NCBI GenBank assembly: GCA_964373675.1
Contig: CAYJVO010000001.1
Span: 4,327-68,326, forward strand
Length of the DNA: 64,000 nucleotides
Direction of reading: 5' to 3'
Origin: an uncultured Candidatus Saccharibacteria bacterium
GTDB taxonomy: Bacteria; Patescibacteriota; Minisyncoccia; UBA6257; WO2-44-18
Positions 19,564 through 29,100 of this stretch are shown in pieces. The notes below the pieces were generated by a model, which had not been told where the DNA came from, ran no database searches, and worked only from the letters and a program-made list of their open reading frames with translations. Within the stretch, counting starts at the first letter, position 1. Every line of letters begins with the position of its first letter. The position numbers and the translations under genes were made by a program.

Positions 19564-20304
19564 ATGCCCAAACCATTCCTGTCTGTCATTATACCCGCAT
19601 ATAACGAGGCCGAGCGCCTGCCGCTGACTTTGATTGATGTTGATAAGCATTTGTCCGAGCAAGAATACTCTTACGAAATTATTGTCATAGACGATGGGTC
19701 ATCGGATAACACGACGGAAATCGTTGAACGGTTTATCCCGATGATAAAAAACTTAAAAATCCTAGACAATAAAGAAAATCAAGGAAAAGGTGCGGCAGTA
19801 AAACAAGGAATGCTTATTGCTAAGGGTAACTGGCGGCTTTTTATGGATGCGGACAATTCAACCTCTATTTCCGAATTTAATAAAATGCTCCCGTATTTAA
19901 AAGAAGGTTACGATATTGTTATTGGTTCCAGGGCTATACGCGGGGCCCAGTTAAGACCGCCGCAGCCGTTTTATAAAAGAATGCTGGGGCGATTTAGTAA
20001 TTGGTTTGTTCGCCTGATTTTAGGCCTGAAAATAAAAGATACCCAATGCGGATTTAAATGCTTTTCTGAAGAGTCTGCCGAACGGATTTTTTCTTCAATT
20101 AAAATTAAAGGATGGGGGTTTGATATTGAATCGTTGGCTTTAGCAAAATTATTTGGCTATCGGATTAAAGAAATGCCGGTATTGTGGGTTAATAATCCGG
20201 TCAGCCGTGTGAAATTTTCCGGTTATTTCAAAACTTTATGGGAAGTTATCAAAATCCGTTGGTGGCTGTGGAGAAAGATTTACAAAATCAATACAGTGAG
20301 GTAA
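19564..20304 (+). CDS. Family 2 glycosyltransferase (dolichyl-phosphate glucosyl/mannosyltransferase-like)
   Basis: LSVIIPAYNEAERL...DDGSSDNT, a DADNS (DxD) motif and a C-terminal TM. Confidence 0.8.
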   Translation: MPKPFLSVIIPAYNEAERLPLTLIDVDKHLSEQEYSYEIIVIDDGSSDNTTEIVERFIPMIKNLKILDNKENQGKGAAVKQGMLIAKGNWRLFMDADNSTSISEFNKMLPYLKEGYDIVIGSRAIRGAQLRPPQPFYKRMLGRFSNWFVRLILGLKIKDTQCGFKCFSEESAERIFSSIKIKGWGFDIESLALAKLFGYRIKEMPVLWVNNPVSRVKFSGYFKTLWEVIKIRWWLWRKIYKINTVR

Positions 20305-20314
20305 CATCAACGAA

Positions 20315-20770
20315 ATGGATTACTATTTAACCCCCGAACGGCTTGAGGAATTAAAAAAGGAATTGGAAGAGTCTAAAACTAAAAAACGTGCCGAGGTGGC
20401 CGAGCGGCTGAAAAGAGCCAAAGAATTAGGCGACCTTTCGGAAAATGTGGAGTATCAGGAGGCTCGCGAGGAACAAGCGCAGGTTGAGGGCCGCATTTTG
20501 GAATTAGAAGAGATTATTAAAAACGCTTCGGTAATTCAGAAAACCGGCAAGCAAGGCGTGGTTCAAATGGGTTCAACGGTAATAGCAGAAAAAAATGGCC
20601 AAGAAATAAAATTCCGAATTGTCGGTTCCAATGAAACCAAACCCGAGGCCGGTCAAATCTCTAACGAATCTCCTTTAGGGAAGGCATTTATGAACCGAAA
20701 AATAGGGGAAGTCGTAAAAGTCAAAACACCCTCGGGCGAAGCGACTTATAAAATTATAAAGATTGAATAA
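20315..20770 (+). CDS. greA: Transcription elongation factor GreA
   Basis: 151 aa. N-terminal coiled coil with the acidic pair D41/E44 (GDLSENVEYQEA) and a C-terminal FKBP-like domain. Confidence 0.85.
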   Translation: MDYYLTPERLEELKKELEESKTKKRAEVAERLKRAKELGDLSENVEYQEAREEQAQVEGRILELEEIIKNASVIQKTGKQGVVQMGSTVIAEKNGQEIKFRIVGSNETKPEAGQISNESPLGKAFMNRKIGEVVKVKTPSGEATYKIIKIE

Positions 20771-20778
20771 GTCCCAGT

Positions 20779-22119
20779 ATGCTTGAAGACATTATTAAAG
20801 AACGGTTAAAAACGAGAAAACCGGAATATTATCCGGCGCGAGTGAAACGGACTCATTTAATTAGTGATGCAGTAAAAAACTTCGGTTCCTTGGCTAAACA
20901 AAAAAAAACCATCTGGATCACAGGCCGAATTATGGGTCTGCGTACCCAAGGAGGGTTGATGTTTTGGGACGTTCAAGACGGCGGCGGCCCCTCGACTCGG
21001 CTCGGGACAAATAAGATTCAGGCCGTAGTCAAGAAAGACAACCTCGCCAACTTTTCCGAACTGAAAAACAATATTAACCTAGGAGATTTTGTTGGGGTGG
21101 CTGGCCCGCTTTTTAAAACTCAAAGCGGCGAAAAAAGTCTTGAAGTAAAAAACGCTCAAATTATCGTTAAATCACTGCGTCCACTCCCGTCAGTTTGGCA
21201 CGGATTAAAAGATGTGGAAGAAAGGTTTCGGAAACGCTACTTGGACATTTTATTAAATCCGGAGGTAAAAGAAAAAATTATTCAGAGATCCCAAATCGTA
21301 GAATATCTGCGGACGGCACTGATTCAAGAAGGATTTTTGGAGGTAGAAACGCCAATACTTCAGCCAATCCCGGGCGGCGCTAAAGCCCGGCCATTTGTTA
21401 CTCATTATAATGCTTTGGATGCGGATTTTTACCTTCGGATCGCGCCGGAGCTTTATCTAAAACGGCTTCTCGTCTCTGGATTTGAGAAAATTTTTGAAAT
21501 CGGCCGCAATTTTCGCAATGAAGGCCTTGACCGCGACCATAATCCGGAATTCACCATGCTAGAGCTTTACTGGGCTTACCAGGATTACAAAAGCCTGCTT
21601 AAATTCATTGAAAAAATTCTTAAAAACTTTATCTCCGCAAAGTGGGAAAAGACGACTTTTGCTTCAATATTTAAAAAACATTCGGGACGGGATTATAAAA
21701 GCGTAAAACCGGCTGAACTGGATGAAGTTTTTAACCACAAAATCCGCCCCAAAATTATCAAACCGACGGTAATTTTAGATTATCCCGAATCCGTAATGCC
21801 GTTAGCTAAACTAAAAACTGACGATCCGGCGCTAACGGAAAGTTTTCAGCTGATTGTTAATGGAGCGGAAATCGTCAAGGGCTTTTCCGAACTGAATGAT
21901 CCGGTAATTCAACGCCAGCAAATGGAGCGCCAAGAAAAAAACTTTCGTGCTGATAATGAAGTATTCTCACGATTGGATAAAGACTTTTTAGAAGCATTGG
22001 AATATGGGATGCCTCCGGCCGCCGGCTTAGGAATCGGTATTGATCGTCTTGCCGCCTTAGCCGCTCACACTCATTCTGTAAAAGAAATAATAATTTTTCC
22101 TACCCTCCGTCCCAAATGA
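20779..22119 (+). CDS. lysS: Lysyl-tRNA synthetase, class II
   Basis: N-terminal OB fold, FRKRYLDILLNPE, and class II motifs 2 and 3 (FRNEG...; GLGIGIDRL). Confidence 0.9.
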   Translation: MLEDIIKERLKTRKPEYYPARVKRTHLISDAVKNFGSLAKQKKTIWITGRIMGLRTQGGLMFWDVQDGGGPSTRLGTNKIQAVVKKDNLANFSELKNNINLGDFVGVAGPLFKTQSGEKSLEVKNAQIIVKSLRPLPSVWHGLKDVEERFRKRYLDILLNPEVKEKIIQRSQIVEYLRTALIQEGFLEVETPILQPIPGGAKARPFVTHYNALDADFYLRIAPELYLKRLLVSGFEKIFEIGRNFRNEGLDRDHNPEFTMLELYWAYQDYKSLLKFIEKILKNFISAKWEKTTFASIFKKHSGRDYKSVKPAELDEVFNHKIRPKIIKPTVILDYPESVMPLAKLKTDDPALTESFQLIVNGAEIVKGFSELNDPVIQRQQMERQEKNFRADNEVFSRLDKDFLEALEYGMPPAAGLGIGIDRLAALAAHTHSVKEIIIFPTLRPK

Positions 22120-22197
22120 AACTCCCTGGGCTTGCCCACGGAGTTTCAGAGTTTCATCCGCCAAAATTTTCGCTTCGCGAAAAATTAGGCGGCGGCC

Positions 22198-22226
22198 TTG
22201 ACAACTTAATAATTATTTGATAATAT
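22198..22226 (+). promoter_or_regulatory. Sigma70-like promoter (TTGACA-17nt-TAATAT) with GAGGTGA RBS
   Basis: Consensus -35 and near-consensus -10 hexamers upstream of the NUDIX gene. Shine-Dalgarno GAGGTGAT sits 3-6 nt before the GTG/ATG start. Confidence 0.55.
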
Positions 22227-22250
22227 AGGAGCAGTTTTTTGAGGTGATAA

Positions 22251-22700
22251 GTGGATGCTTCAGCGTTCATTCGTCTTTGGGGAAACGAAGGACAGATTTA
22301 TTTAGTACTGAACGATCAGAAAAAAATAATTAACAAACTATCCAGTGATGTAATCGGAATGAAACCGATCGGCTGGGGACTGCCCGGCGGGGGAGTTAAA
22401 GACGGAGAAGATCCTTTGCAGGCGGCTCTAAGAGAACTGCGCGAAGAAACTCCGTTTAATGCGCGCAGAATTAACCCAAAGCCGGTGATAGTAAATAAAA
22501 AAAATGGCCATCATATCAATTTTGTGTTTGACGCTTATGATCCGGAGGAAATTAAACCCGATTGGAAACCGACGGATGATCCTAAACTGGGAGTGATCGG
22601 CGGCAGATGGTTTACAATTGAGGAATGCGAAGCCGAGGAGCGTGACGGCATACTCATTTATAAATCACACCTTCGTTATATTTTTCATAGGGAACAATAA
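22251..22700 (+). CDS. NUDIX hydrolase
   Basis: Nudix box GGGVKDGEDPLQAALRELREETPF (Gx5Ex7REUxEExGU). Confidence 0.8.
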   Translation: MDASAFIRLWGNEGQIYLVLNDQKKIINKLSSDVIGMKPIGWGLPGGGVKDGEDPLQAALRELREETPFNARRINPKPVIVNKKNGHHINFVFDAYDPEEIKPDWKPTDDPKLGVIGGRWFTIEECEAEERDGILIYKSHLRYIFHREQ

Positions 22701-22725
22701 TCCCGCCACGGCGGGATTATTTATT
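22699..22725 (+). terminator. Rho-independent terminator
   Basis: ATCCCGCC-ACG-GCGGGAT hairpin followed by ATTTATT. Confidence 0.6.
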
Positions 22726-22810
22726 CTCCTTCGCCGAAAACCCCGGACGGCCTACTCCGCCGAAGTAGCTTCAGTTACGAAGGCTGGATAAGGCCGTGGA
22801 GTTTCATTTG
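22721..22810 (+). repeat. Family A element, copy 2
   Basis: Differs from copy 1 by a few substitutions, including C to T giving GTAGCT/AGTTAC, which stays G:U-compatible. Confidence 0.6.
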
Positions 22811-22838
22811 TGTAAAAGAGTAGGTTAGAATAAAAACT

Positions 22839-24038
22839 ATGTTGGATATCAATCTTATTCGCGACAATCCTAATCTGGTAAAAGAAAAAGTTGTTCAAAG
22901 AACCATTGATCCGGCGGTGGTTGACCAATTCTTGGCTTTAGATAACCGCTGGCGGGAATTAGTTAAAAAAACCGAAGAACTCCGCGCCAGATTGAACTTT
23001 TTAAGCAAGGAACGAAAAATAGAAGAGGCGAAAGCAGTAAAAGAGGAATTAAAAACTGCTGAAAAAGATCTGCCGAAAATTGAAACAGAAAGAGAGACGG
23101 CATTGAATAAAATTCCCAATCTGCCTCAAGACGGCTGGCCGGTTGGCAAAGACGAAACGGGGAATAAAGTTTTACGCGAAGTGGGGAAGAAGCCGAATTT
23201 CAAATTTCCGCCGCAGGAGTATCTCACTATTGCACAAAAGCTTGGGATTATTGATGTTGAACGCGCTGCCAAAGTCGCCGGCGCTCGCTTTGGCTATCTT
23301 TTTAAAGAGGCGGCTCTTTTGGAATTCGCCTTGATCAAATTGGTTTTTGATAAGCTAACAAAAAAAGGATTTATTCCGGTGATTCCGCCAGTAATGATTA
23401 AACCGGAAATATTGAAAGGGATGGGGCGGCTGTCCGGCAGACAAAAAGAAGAAAGATATTATCTGCCCAAAGACGATCTTTATTTAGCGGGCAGTGCCGA
23501 ACACACTATGGGACCGATACATGCCAATGAAATTTTGGAAGAAAGAGATCTACCCCGGCGCTATGTGGGATTTTCTACCTGTTTCCGCCGTGAAGCCGGA
23601 TCTTACGGCAAAGACACTAAAGGAATTTTACGGGTTCACCAGTTTGATAAAGTAGAAATGTTTTCTTTCACTAAACCGGAAAATTCCCAAAAAGAACATC
23701 AATTTTTGCTTTCTCTGCAAGAAGAATTAATGCAGGAATTGAAGCTGCCTTATCGGGTAGTGCAAGTTTGCACTGGCGATATGGGCTGGGTTGATGCGGC
23801 TCAATATGACATTGAAACCTGGCTTCCCGGACAAAATCAGTATCGCGAAACCCATTCTTGTTCCAATACCACGGATTTCCAAGCTCGGGGAATTAATGTC
23901 AAAGTCCAAAGTCATTACTTACATATGTTAAACGGCACCGCTTTTGCCATCGGCCGAATGATTATTGCCATCATTGAAAATTATCAAACCAAGAAAGGAA
24001 TTTTCAAAATACCAAAGGCATTGACGAAATATATCTAG
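22839..24038 (+). CDS. serS: Seryl-tRNA synthetase
   Basis: N-terminal coiled-coil arm, and class II motifs (FRREAGS...; GTAFAIGR). Confidence 0.9.
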   Translation: MLDINLIRDNPNLVKEKVVQRTIDPAVVDQFLALDNRWRELVKKTEELRARLNFLSKERKIEEAKAVKEELKTAEKDLPKIETERETALNKIPNLPQDGWPVGKDETGNKVLREVGKKPNFKFPPQEYLTIAQKLGIIDVERAAKVAGARFGYLFKEAALLEFALIKLVFDKLTKKGFIPVIPPVMIKPEILKGMGRLSGRQKEERYYLPKDDLYLAGSAEHTMGPIHANEILEERDLPRRYVGFSTCFRREAGSYGKDTKGILRVHQFDKVEMFSFTKPENSQKEHQFLLSLQEELMQELKLPYRVVQVCTGDMGWVDAAQYDIETWLPGQNQYRETHSCSNTTDFQARGINVKVQSHYLHMLNGTAFAIGRMIIAIIENYQTKKGIFKIPKALTKYI

Positions 24039-24053
24039 CTAGGTTTAAAGCCG

Positions 24054-24737
24054 CTATTTAGCGGCTTTTTTATAAAATACCCAATCTTTCAAACTCTGAA
24101 TTATTAGCCAACCGTCAGTAGCCGTATCAGGAAGTTGAAAAAGTTTTATTTTCCATGGAGGAAAAGGAAAAAAGAGATAAATATTAATGGGTAAAATTCT
24201 GATTGGAATGAATAAATTGCTAAGCTCATTAATAATTACGAAGATTAGGCAAAGAATCAAAATGGTGGGTATGGAAAATCCAAACCAAACACTTTGCAAG
24301 TAATAAGCGGCAGCGATCAATCCAGCGACCGCAAGAGTCAAAAGCGGACCGAATAAAGAAATAATCAATCGCTCTCTGGGATGTCTATGCAGATAATAGA
24401 AAGCTCTTGGATTATTTTCTTCTTGGACGCGTTCATCAATTTCTCCAACCGTCCTGGATTCGGCGCCGATGATTGGAATTCCTAAAATAAAATAAGTACC
24501 GTTAGGCAGTTGCTTTTGCCACAGTTTGCCGATTCCTATACGAAAAAATTTAACGTCCAACCTCAATCTTCTTTGCCAACAGTAATGCCCAAGCTCGTGA
24601 ATAATCATTTCTATAGGCACAAATAAACAAAAATAAAGCAGAATTGCTGTTAATAATTGCCCGTCGGTGAGAAAATTTAGCCATTCGGCGGGAATTACAT
24701 TGATCAGATCTGCTAACCTTTCTAGCAGCCAATCCAT
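24054..24737 (-). CDS. M50 family (site-2 protease / RseP-like) membrane zinc metalloprotease
   Basis: HELGHY inside a TM helix, followed by RRLRLDVKFFRIGIGK and GIPIIGAES, closely resembling the RseP N-terminal core. No PDZ domains seen. Start at M43 (24737) is preferred over 24863 to avoid overlapping alr. Confidence 0.65.
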   Translation of the reverse strand: MDWLLERLADLINVIPAEWLNFLTDGQLLTAILLYFCLFVPIEMIIHELGHYCWQRRLRLDVKFFRIGIGKLWQKQLPNGTYFILGIPIIGAESRTVGEIDERVQEENNPRAFYYLHRHPRERLIISLFGPLLTLAVAGLIAAAYYLQSVWFGFSIPTILILCLIFVIINELSNLFIPIRILPINIYLFFPFPPWKIKLFQLPDTATDGWLIIQSLKDWVFYKKAAK

Positions 24738-24774
24738 ATTGTTTCTGAATTTGAAAGAGCGTATAATAATTTTA

Positions 24775-25878
24775 ATGAATTTAAAAACATTTGTCAAAAT
24801 CAATGCTGCCGCCGCTAAACATAATTTCAAAAGAATTAAATCCCTCTTAACTCCCAGAACCAAACTTTGGGCAGTGGTTAAGTCAAATGCTTACGGCCAC
24901 GGCCTATTAAATTTTTCTAAATTAACCGATTCTCTTGGGGTGGCGGGTTTCTGTGTAGATAGTGTAATTGAGGGAATTAAATTGAGGGAAGAAAAAATCA
25001 AAAAACCGGTTCTGGTTCTTGGGCCAACCTTGCCTAATTTATTTAAAGAGGCTGAGAAAAAACAAATCGCTATCACCATATCTGCACTGGAACAGTTAAA
25101 TTCTTATCTGAAATCAAAATACCGGCCGGATTTCCATCTCAAAATTGACACCGGAATGCATAGGCAAGGTTTTTTCCTCCCAGAGCTTAAAAAGGCAATC
25201 CGGCAACTCAAAACTCATCAACTCAATAACTCCTTAACTGGAACCTATACTCACTTCGCTTCCGCAAAAGATCTCAATTACCCAACTTTTACAGAACAAC
25301 AGTTTGCTGACTTCCAAAAAGCGGTAAAAATTCTGGGGAGGGCCGGCTATAAAAACTTAATTAAGCATTGCGCCGCTACCGGAGCAGTTATGATTGACAA
25401 GAAATACCATTTAGACGCCGTGCGAATCGGTATTGGCCTTTATGGACTTTGGCCGTCCAGAGAACTGGAAATGCAGCTGGGTGATAAAATTAAACTAAAA
25501 CCAGTTCTTTCTTGGCACAGTATGATCAGCGAAATTAAAAATCTTAAAAAGGGTGATTATGTTGGTTATGATTTGACCGAGAGAATGCAAAAACCAACCC
25601 AAGCGGCTGTTATTCCCATTGGCTATTGGCACGGTCTTGATCGCCGGCTATCCAGTATTGGGGAAGTTCTGATAAAGAACAAACGGGCAAAAATTTTAGG
25701 CCGGGTTTCTATGGATTTGATCGTAGCCGACATTTCGGGAATTAAATGCGGAGTGAGGGATAGAGTTACAATCATCGGCGGCGCAATTACTGCCTCTGAA
25801 TTAGCTCAAAAAGTTGGCACTACCCATTATGAAATAGTGACTCGGATTAATCCGCTTATTGAAAGGGTGGTGGTGTAA
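24775..25878 (+). CDS. alr: Alanine racemase
   Basis: PLP-lysine motif AVVKSNAYGHG. Internal ATG at 24775 chosen, because the upstream extension overlaps the divergent M50 gene. Confidence 0.85.
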   Translation: MNLKTFVKINAAAAKHNFKRIKSLLTPRTKLWAVVKSNAYGHGLLNFSKLTDSLGVAGFCVDSVIEGIKLREEKIKKPVLVLGPTLPNLFKEAEKKQIAITISALEQLNSYLKSKYRPDFHLKIDTGMHRQGFFLPELKKAIRQLKTHQLNNSLTGTYTHFASAKDLNYPTFTEQQFADFQKAVKILGRAGYKNLIKHCAATGAVMIDKKYHLDAVRIGIGLYGLWPSRELEMQLGDKIKLKPVLSWHSMISEIKNLKKGDYVGYDLTERMQKPTQAAVIPIGYWHGLDRRLSSIGEVLIKNKRAKILGRVSMDLIVADISGIKCGVRDRVTIIGGAITASELAQKVGTTHYEIVTRINPLIERVVV

Positions 25879-26668
25879 CGGGATGGATCTCTATACTTCC
25901 GAAGAACAAATAAAGAAAAAGCGCCATTCTTGGAGGATCAAACTTTATATTCTCGGAGGAGGCATTGGTCTTTTGGGAATTTTAATTTTTTATGTAGTTT
26001 CTGTATCGCCGATTTTCAAAATCAAAGTAGAAATTATTGGCCATCAGCGTCTATCTCAAGAGCGCCTGCTGGAAGAAATCTACGACAATTTTTCCCAAGG
26101 TTTTTTAGGTAAAATTTTGGGCCCGGAAAATTACTTAGCTTGGCCGAAAAAAATCTCCTTAAAAAATCCTTTGTTAGCAAAACTAACAGTGGAAAAATCG
26201 ATCACTGATAAAAAAATAACTCTTATTGTTGAAGAACGTCAGCCATCCGGCATCTGGTGTTTTAATAGCCAAAAGGAACCGGATTGTTATTGGTTTGACA
26301 AAGAAGGGGTGCTTTTTGAATCGGCGCCTGCGCCGGAAGGACATCTTATTTTGCATGTTGACTACGATCAAAATAAAAAAGTTCCGCTTGGCGAATCTCC
26401 GATAAAAAAAGAGTGGCTGTCTGTTTTAAATGAAGCGGTCAATTTTTTTCAAAACCAAAACATTCCTATCAAATCTTACTCAATTATGGACTCGCTGGAA
26501 GAATTGCGCGCCAAAACTCTTATCGGCGCGGACATCCGCTTCAGTCTCCGCTTCAGCCCCCAAAATAGTCTTGCCGCCCTCGTCTTATATTTGCAAAAAA
26601 ATAATCTTAGAAACGTCGGGTACATTGATTTAACGGTAGAAAACCGGATGTATGTCAAATCCGAGTAG
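25859..26668 (+). CDS. FtsQ/DivIB-like cell division protein (TM + POTRA)
   Basis: Single TM helix (ILGGGIGLLGILIFYVVSV) followed by a POTRA-like beta-alpha region. An alternative start at 25883 would remove the overlap with alr. Confidence 0.6.
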   Translation: MKGWWCNGMDLYTSEEQIKKKRHSWRIKLYILGGGIGLLGILIFYVVSVSPIFKIKVEIIGHQRLSQERLLEEIYDNFSQGFLGKILGPENYLAWPKKISLKNPLLAKLTVEKSITDKKITLIVEERQPSGIWCFNSQKEPDCYWFDKEGVLFESAPAPEGHLILHVDYDQNKKVPLGESPIKKEWLSVLNEAVNFFQNQNIPIKSYSIMDSLEELRAKTLIGADIRFSLRFSPQNSLAALVLYLQKNNLRNVGYIDLTVENRMYVKSE

Positions 26669-26723
26669 AAGGTAAAAAGTCTATAAAGTCCCTAAAGTAA
26701 TTTATAAACTTTATAGAGGTGAG

Positions 26724-26812
26724 GGTATTCTATTTTTGCGATCGCTGGGATAAAATACCTAAATACTTAACTAACTAATAGGCTTTAAGGACTTGATGGA
26801 CTTTTCACTAAA
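26724..26812 (+). repeat. Family C ~90-110 bp element, copy C1
   Basis: GGTATTCTATTTTTGCGATCGCTGGGATAAAATACCTAAATACTTAACTAACTAAT...GGACTTGATGGACTTTTCACTA. An inverted copy lies at 40163-40249 and a partial copy at 61014-61070. Contains the 8-bp palindrome GCGATCGC. Confidence 0.7.
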
Positions 26813-28706
26813 ACTTATAGATAAATATAGATTTCCCGGCTCTTGCGTAAGGTTTATATGGTTCGGTGAGCCATTCGTATTCATCAGCCGGATTGCGCTG
26901 ACCGGCACCCAGTCTTCCTTTCGCCCCCTGAATCGTATTTATGGAAACCGCTAGCCATTCTATGCCGGCTTCTTCTTTGGGATTTCCCTTCGCAGAATTC
27001 CATAATTCCGCCGTTTCACCTAAATAATAATTTGGGTTGCTGCCGCCAAAATAGTCCACCGCAATCTTCTTAATGTCATTGTCCTGGCCATTGTCATTGT
27101 TTTGTTCAGCTACCCATGTCGCTAATCGCTTAAGATCTTGTCCCCAATCATAGTTGGAATCCACAACCCGCAAATAACCCTTGGAAGCGCCGCCGCCCAG
27201 AAAGTTAAAGTAAGAAAGAAAATTGGGGTAAACGATAATCGTTGATGCCAGAAACCAACCCAGTAAAATCGCCAAAACAAGGGCTTTAATTACCAAACCG
27301 GTAAATTCGCCAATCACCGCCATCAGCCGGACAATTTTGTTTTTATAACTCAAAACCTCTTCCAAGCTGAAAAATCGTTTTAAAACTCCGACGGCCAGGA
27401 TGTACGTAAACGGCATAGTCGGCAAAAGATGCCGGACACCGATGTTCAAAATACTGGTTATACTGGAGAGCCAGTAGATTACTACAAACAAAATCATCGC
27501 AAATTCGCTAAAATGAGTAGTCAGATACTCAAACACAATCAGCGATCTTTTAAATAGGGTGGCGAAGAGGCCGCGAAAAACTCCCGCTAGTCCTGTTATT
27601 ATGCCAAAAATAATGATTAAAAGACTCGGTAGGGGTTCTTTCAGCAAAAAAACAACCGGAAAATAATACCACCATCCTTCGTTGGAAACCTCGTCAAGAA
27701 AATAAGCAGTATTGCCGCCAGCCGCCCGCTGGGAAACCATTAAAAGGCCGAGCAAATATTCGCCGATTGGTCGTAAAACATGGTTACTGCTCATCCAGGC
27801 GACGGAATCGGCTAAAAACCGCGGCGTGAAAGTTCTTAGCAAGTTTTCAGCGTCACCAACTTGTTTTTCAATTGGGTAATTCCAAGTTAAAATCCCATAA
27901 ACTAAATAAACGGCGGCGAAACCTATCAAAAAAATCATTGCCAAAGAACGAAAATAGCGGTAAAAACGGATGGCGAAGCGCCGCATACGGCCTCGCTGAA
28001 GGTCCGTCATCTGCCAATCCCGAAAAACGCTCACTGCATAAAAAACCGTCATTAAAATAATAAAATATGGCCCAAGCAAAAAATTGGAAAATTTGAAAAG
28101 CTGGGCGATTCCAAATGCTAAGCCGGCAAAAATCAGATGCCGGCGAATGGGTGAAGATAAAAATTTTAAGAAAAAATAAACTGCCAAAAATACTCCCAAA
28201 GCGGCACCGATATCAGTAGTAACATAATGACCGTGAGCCAGTACGGTAGGAGAGAAAGCAAATAAAAAAACCGGCAGCAGCGCCCACCAGCGGCCGATCA
28301 ATTCTTTGGCAAATAAATAAATCAATATGGTTAAAATCAGTGTCAGTAAAATTGGCCCGAGACGGGACGAAAAAATAATCTTGTCTGCGTTATTGCCGCT
28401 TTCGTAAAGAAATTTAGTTCCGAGCGTCCATTGTTCATTAATGCCGGTTTGCCATTCTGCCACATCTCGCGAAAAATTCAGGTTCTGAAAAAGCAGGGGC
28501 AATCCTGCAAGAATTTTAACTAAAGGCGGGTGTTCTGGATTCAACCGGTAGTCCAAATAACGCACGTAACCGTAGCCCGCTGGTATATGGGCGAGTTCGT
28601 CCATAATCGCTGAATCGCCTCGGCTAGCACCTAGCATCCATAGACCGCTTACTATGACCATAACGATGACCAATGACCAACGAATAAAAGTGGAAAGGCG
28701 ATGCAT
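26808..28706 (-). CDS. GT-C fold ArnT/PMT-like (GT39/GT83) membrane glycosyltransferase
   Basis: 632 aa polytopic protein. First loop DELAHIPAGYGYVRYLDYRLNPEHPPLVKIL carries the DE...PPL signature of PMT/ArnT enzymes. Confidence 0.75.
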   Translation of the reverse strand: MHRLSTFIRWSLVIVMVIVSGLWMLGASRGDSAIMDELAHIPAGYGYVRYLDYRLNPEHPPLVKILAGLPLLFQNLNFSRDVAEWQTGINEQWTLGTKFLYESGNNADKIIFSSRLGPILLTLILTILIYLFAKELIGRWWALLPVFLFAFSPTVLAHGHYVTTDIGAALGVFLAVYFFLKFLSSPIRRHLIFAGLAFGIAQLFKFSNFLLGPYFIILMTVFYAVSVFRDWQMTDLQRGRMRRFAIRFYRYFRSLAMIFLIGFAAVYLVYGILTWNYPIEKQVGDAENLLRTFTPRFLADSVAWMSSNHVLRPIGEYLLGLLMVSQRAAGGNTAYFLDEVSNEGWWYYFPVVFLLKEPLPSLLIIIFGIITGLAGVFRGLFATLFKRSLIVFEYLTTHFSEFAMILFVVIYWLSSITSILNIGVRHLLPTMPFTYILAVGVLKRFFSLEEVLSYKNKIVRLMAVIGEFTGLVIKALVLAILLGWFLASTIIVYPNFLSYFNFLGGGASKGYLRVVDSNYDWGQDLKRLATWVAEQNNDNGQDNDIKKIAVDYFGGSNPNYYLGETAELWNSAKGNPKEEAGIEWLAVSINTIQGAKGRLGAGQRNPADEYEWLTEPYKPYARAGKSIFIYKF

Positions 28707-28714
28707 ATTTTTAT

Positions 28715-28743
28715 TATAAACAAAAAACCGGCTTTATGCCGGT
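28715..28743 (-). terminator. Putative rho-independent terminator (minus-strand reading)
   Basis: ACCGGC-TTTAT-GCCGGT hairpin with T7 downstream on the minus strand, directly after the small ORF at 28815-28994. Confidence 0.4.
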
Positions 28744-28814
28744 ATTGTTTATTAGCCGTGGCGTGATAGAGTCCCAGAGCCCGGGCCCGGATTGTCTATC
28801 TTAGGCAATTCTCT

Positions 28815-28994
28815 TTAGGGAAGATAATAAACCAAAACATAAACCGTTCCATCTGTGTGTTCACCGTGCCCGACAGCTGATAAAGCTATAGAAAGTATCT
28901 CGGGCTGTTCTTGCATAATCCAATCATTTATAGAATCCTCAAGCGTCTTAGTACTACCGCTCCCTGCTGCAAAAACTTTTACTCTTTCGTACAT
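28815..28994 (-). CDS. Small hypothetical protein (59 aa), absent from the ORF track
   Basis: Open frame MYERVKVFAAGSGSTKTLEDSINDWIMQEQPEILSIALSAVGHGEHTDGTVYVLVYYLP with ATG start and TAA stop. Followed by a hairpin plus T-run. Confidence 0.35.
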   Translation of the reverse strand: MYERVKVFAAGSGSTKTLEDSINDWIMQEQPEILSIALSAVGHGEHTDGTVYVLVYYLP

Positions 28995-29100
28995 TCAAAC
29001 TCACTCTTAAAATACCTGTGGTAGTGTAACAATTTACCAGTGAATTTGCAAATCATAAAACTCGCTTGTCATCGTTATAGTCATTTGTCATAGTCAATTT

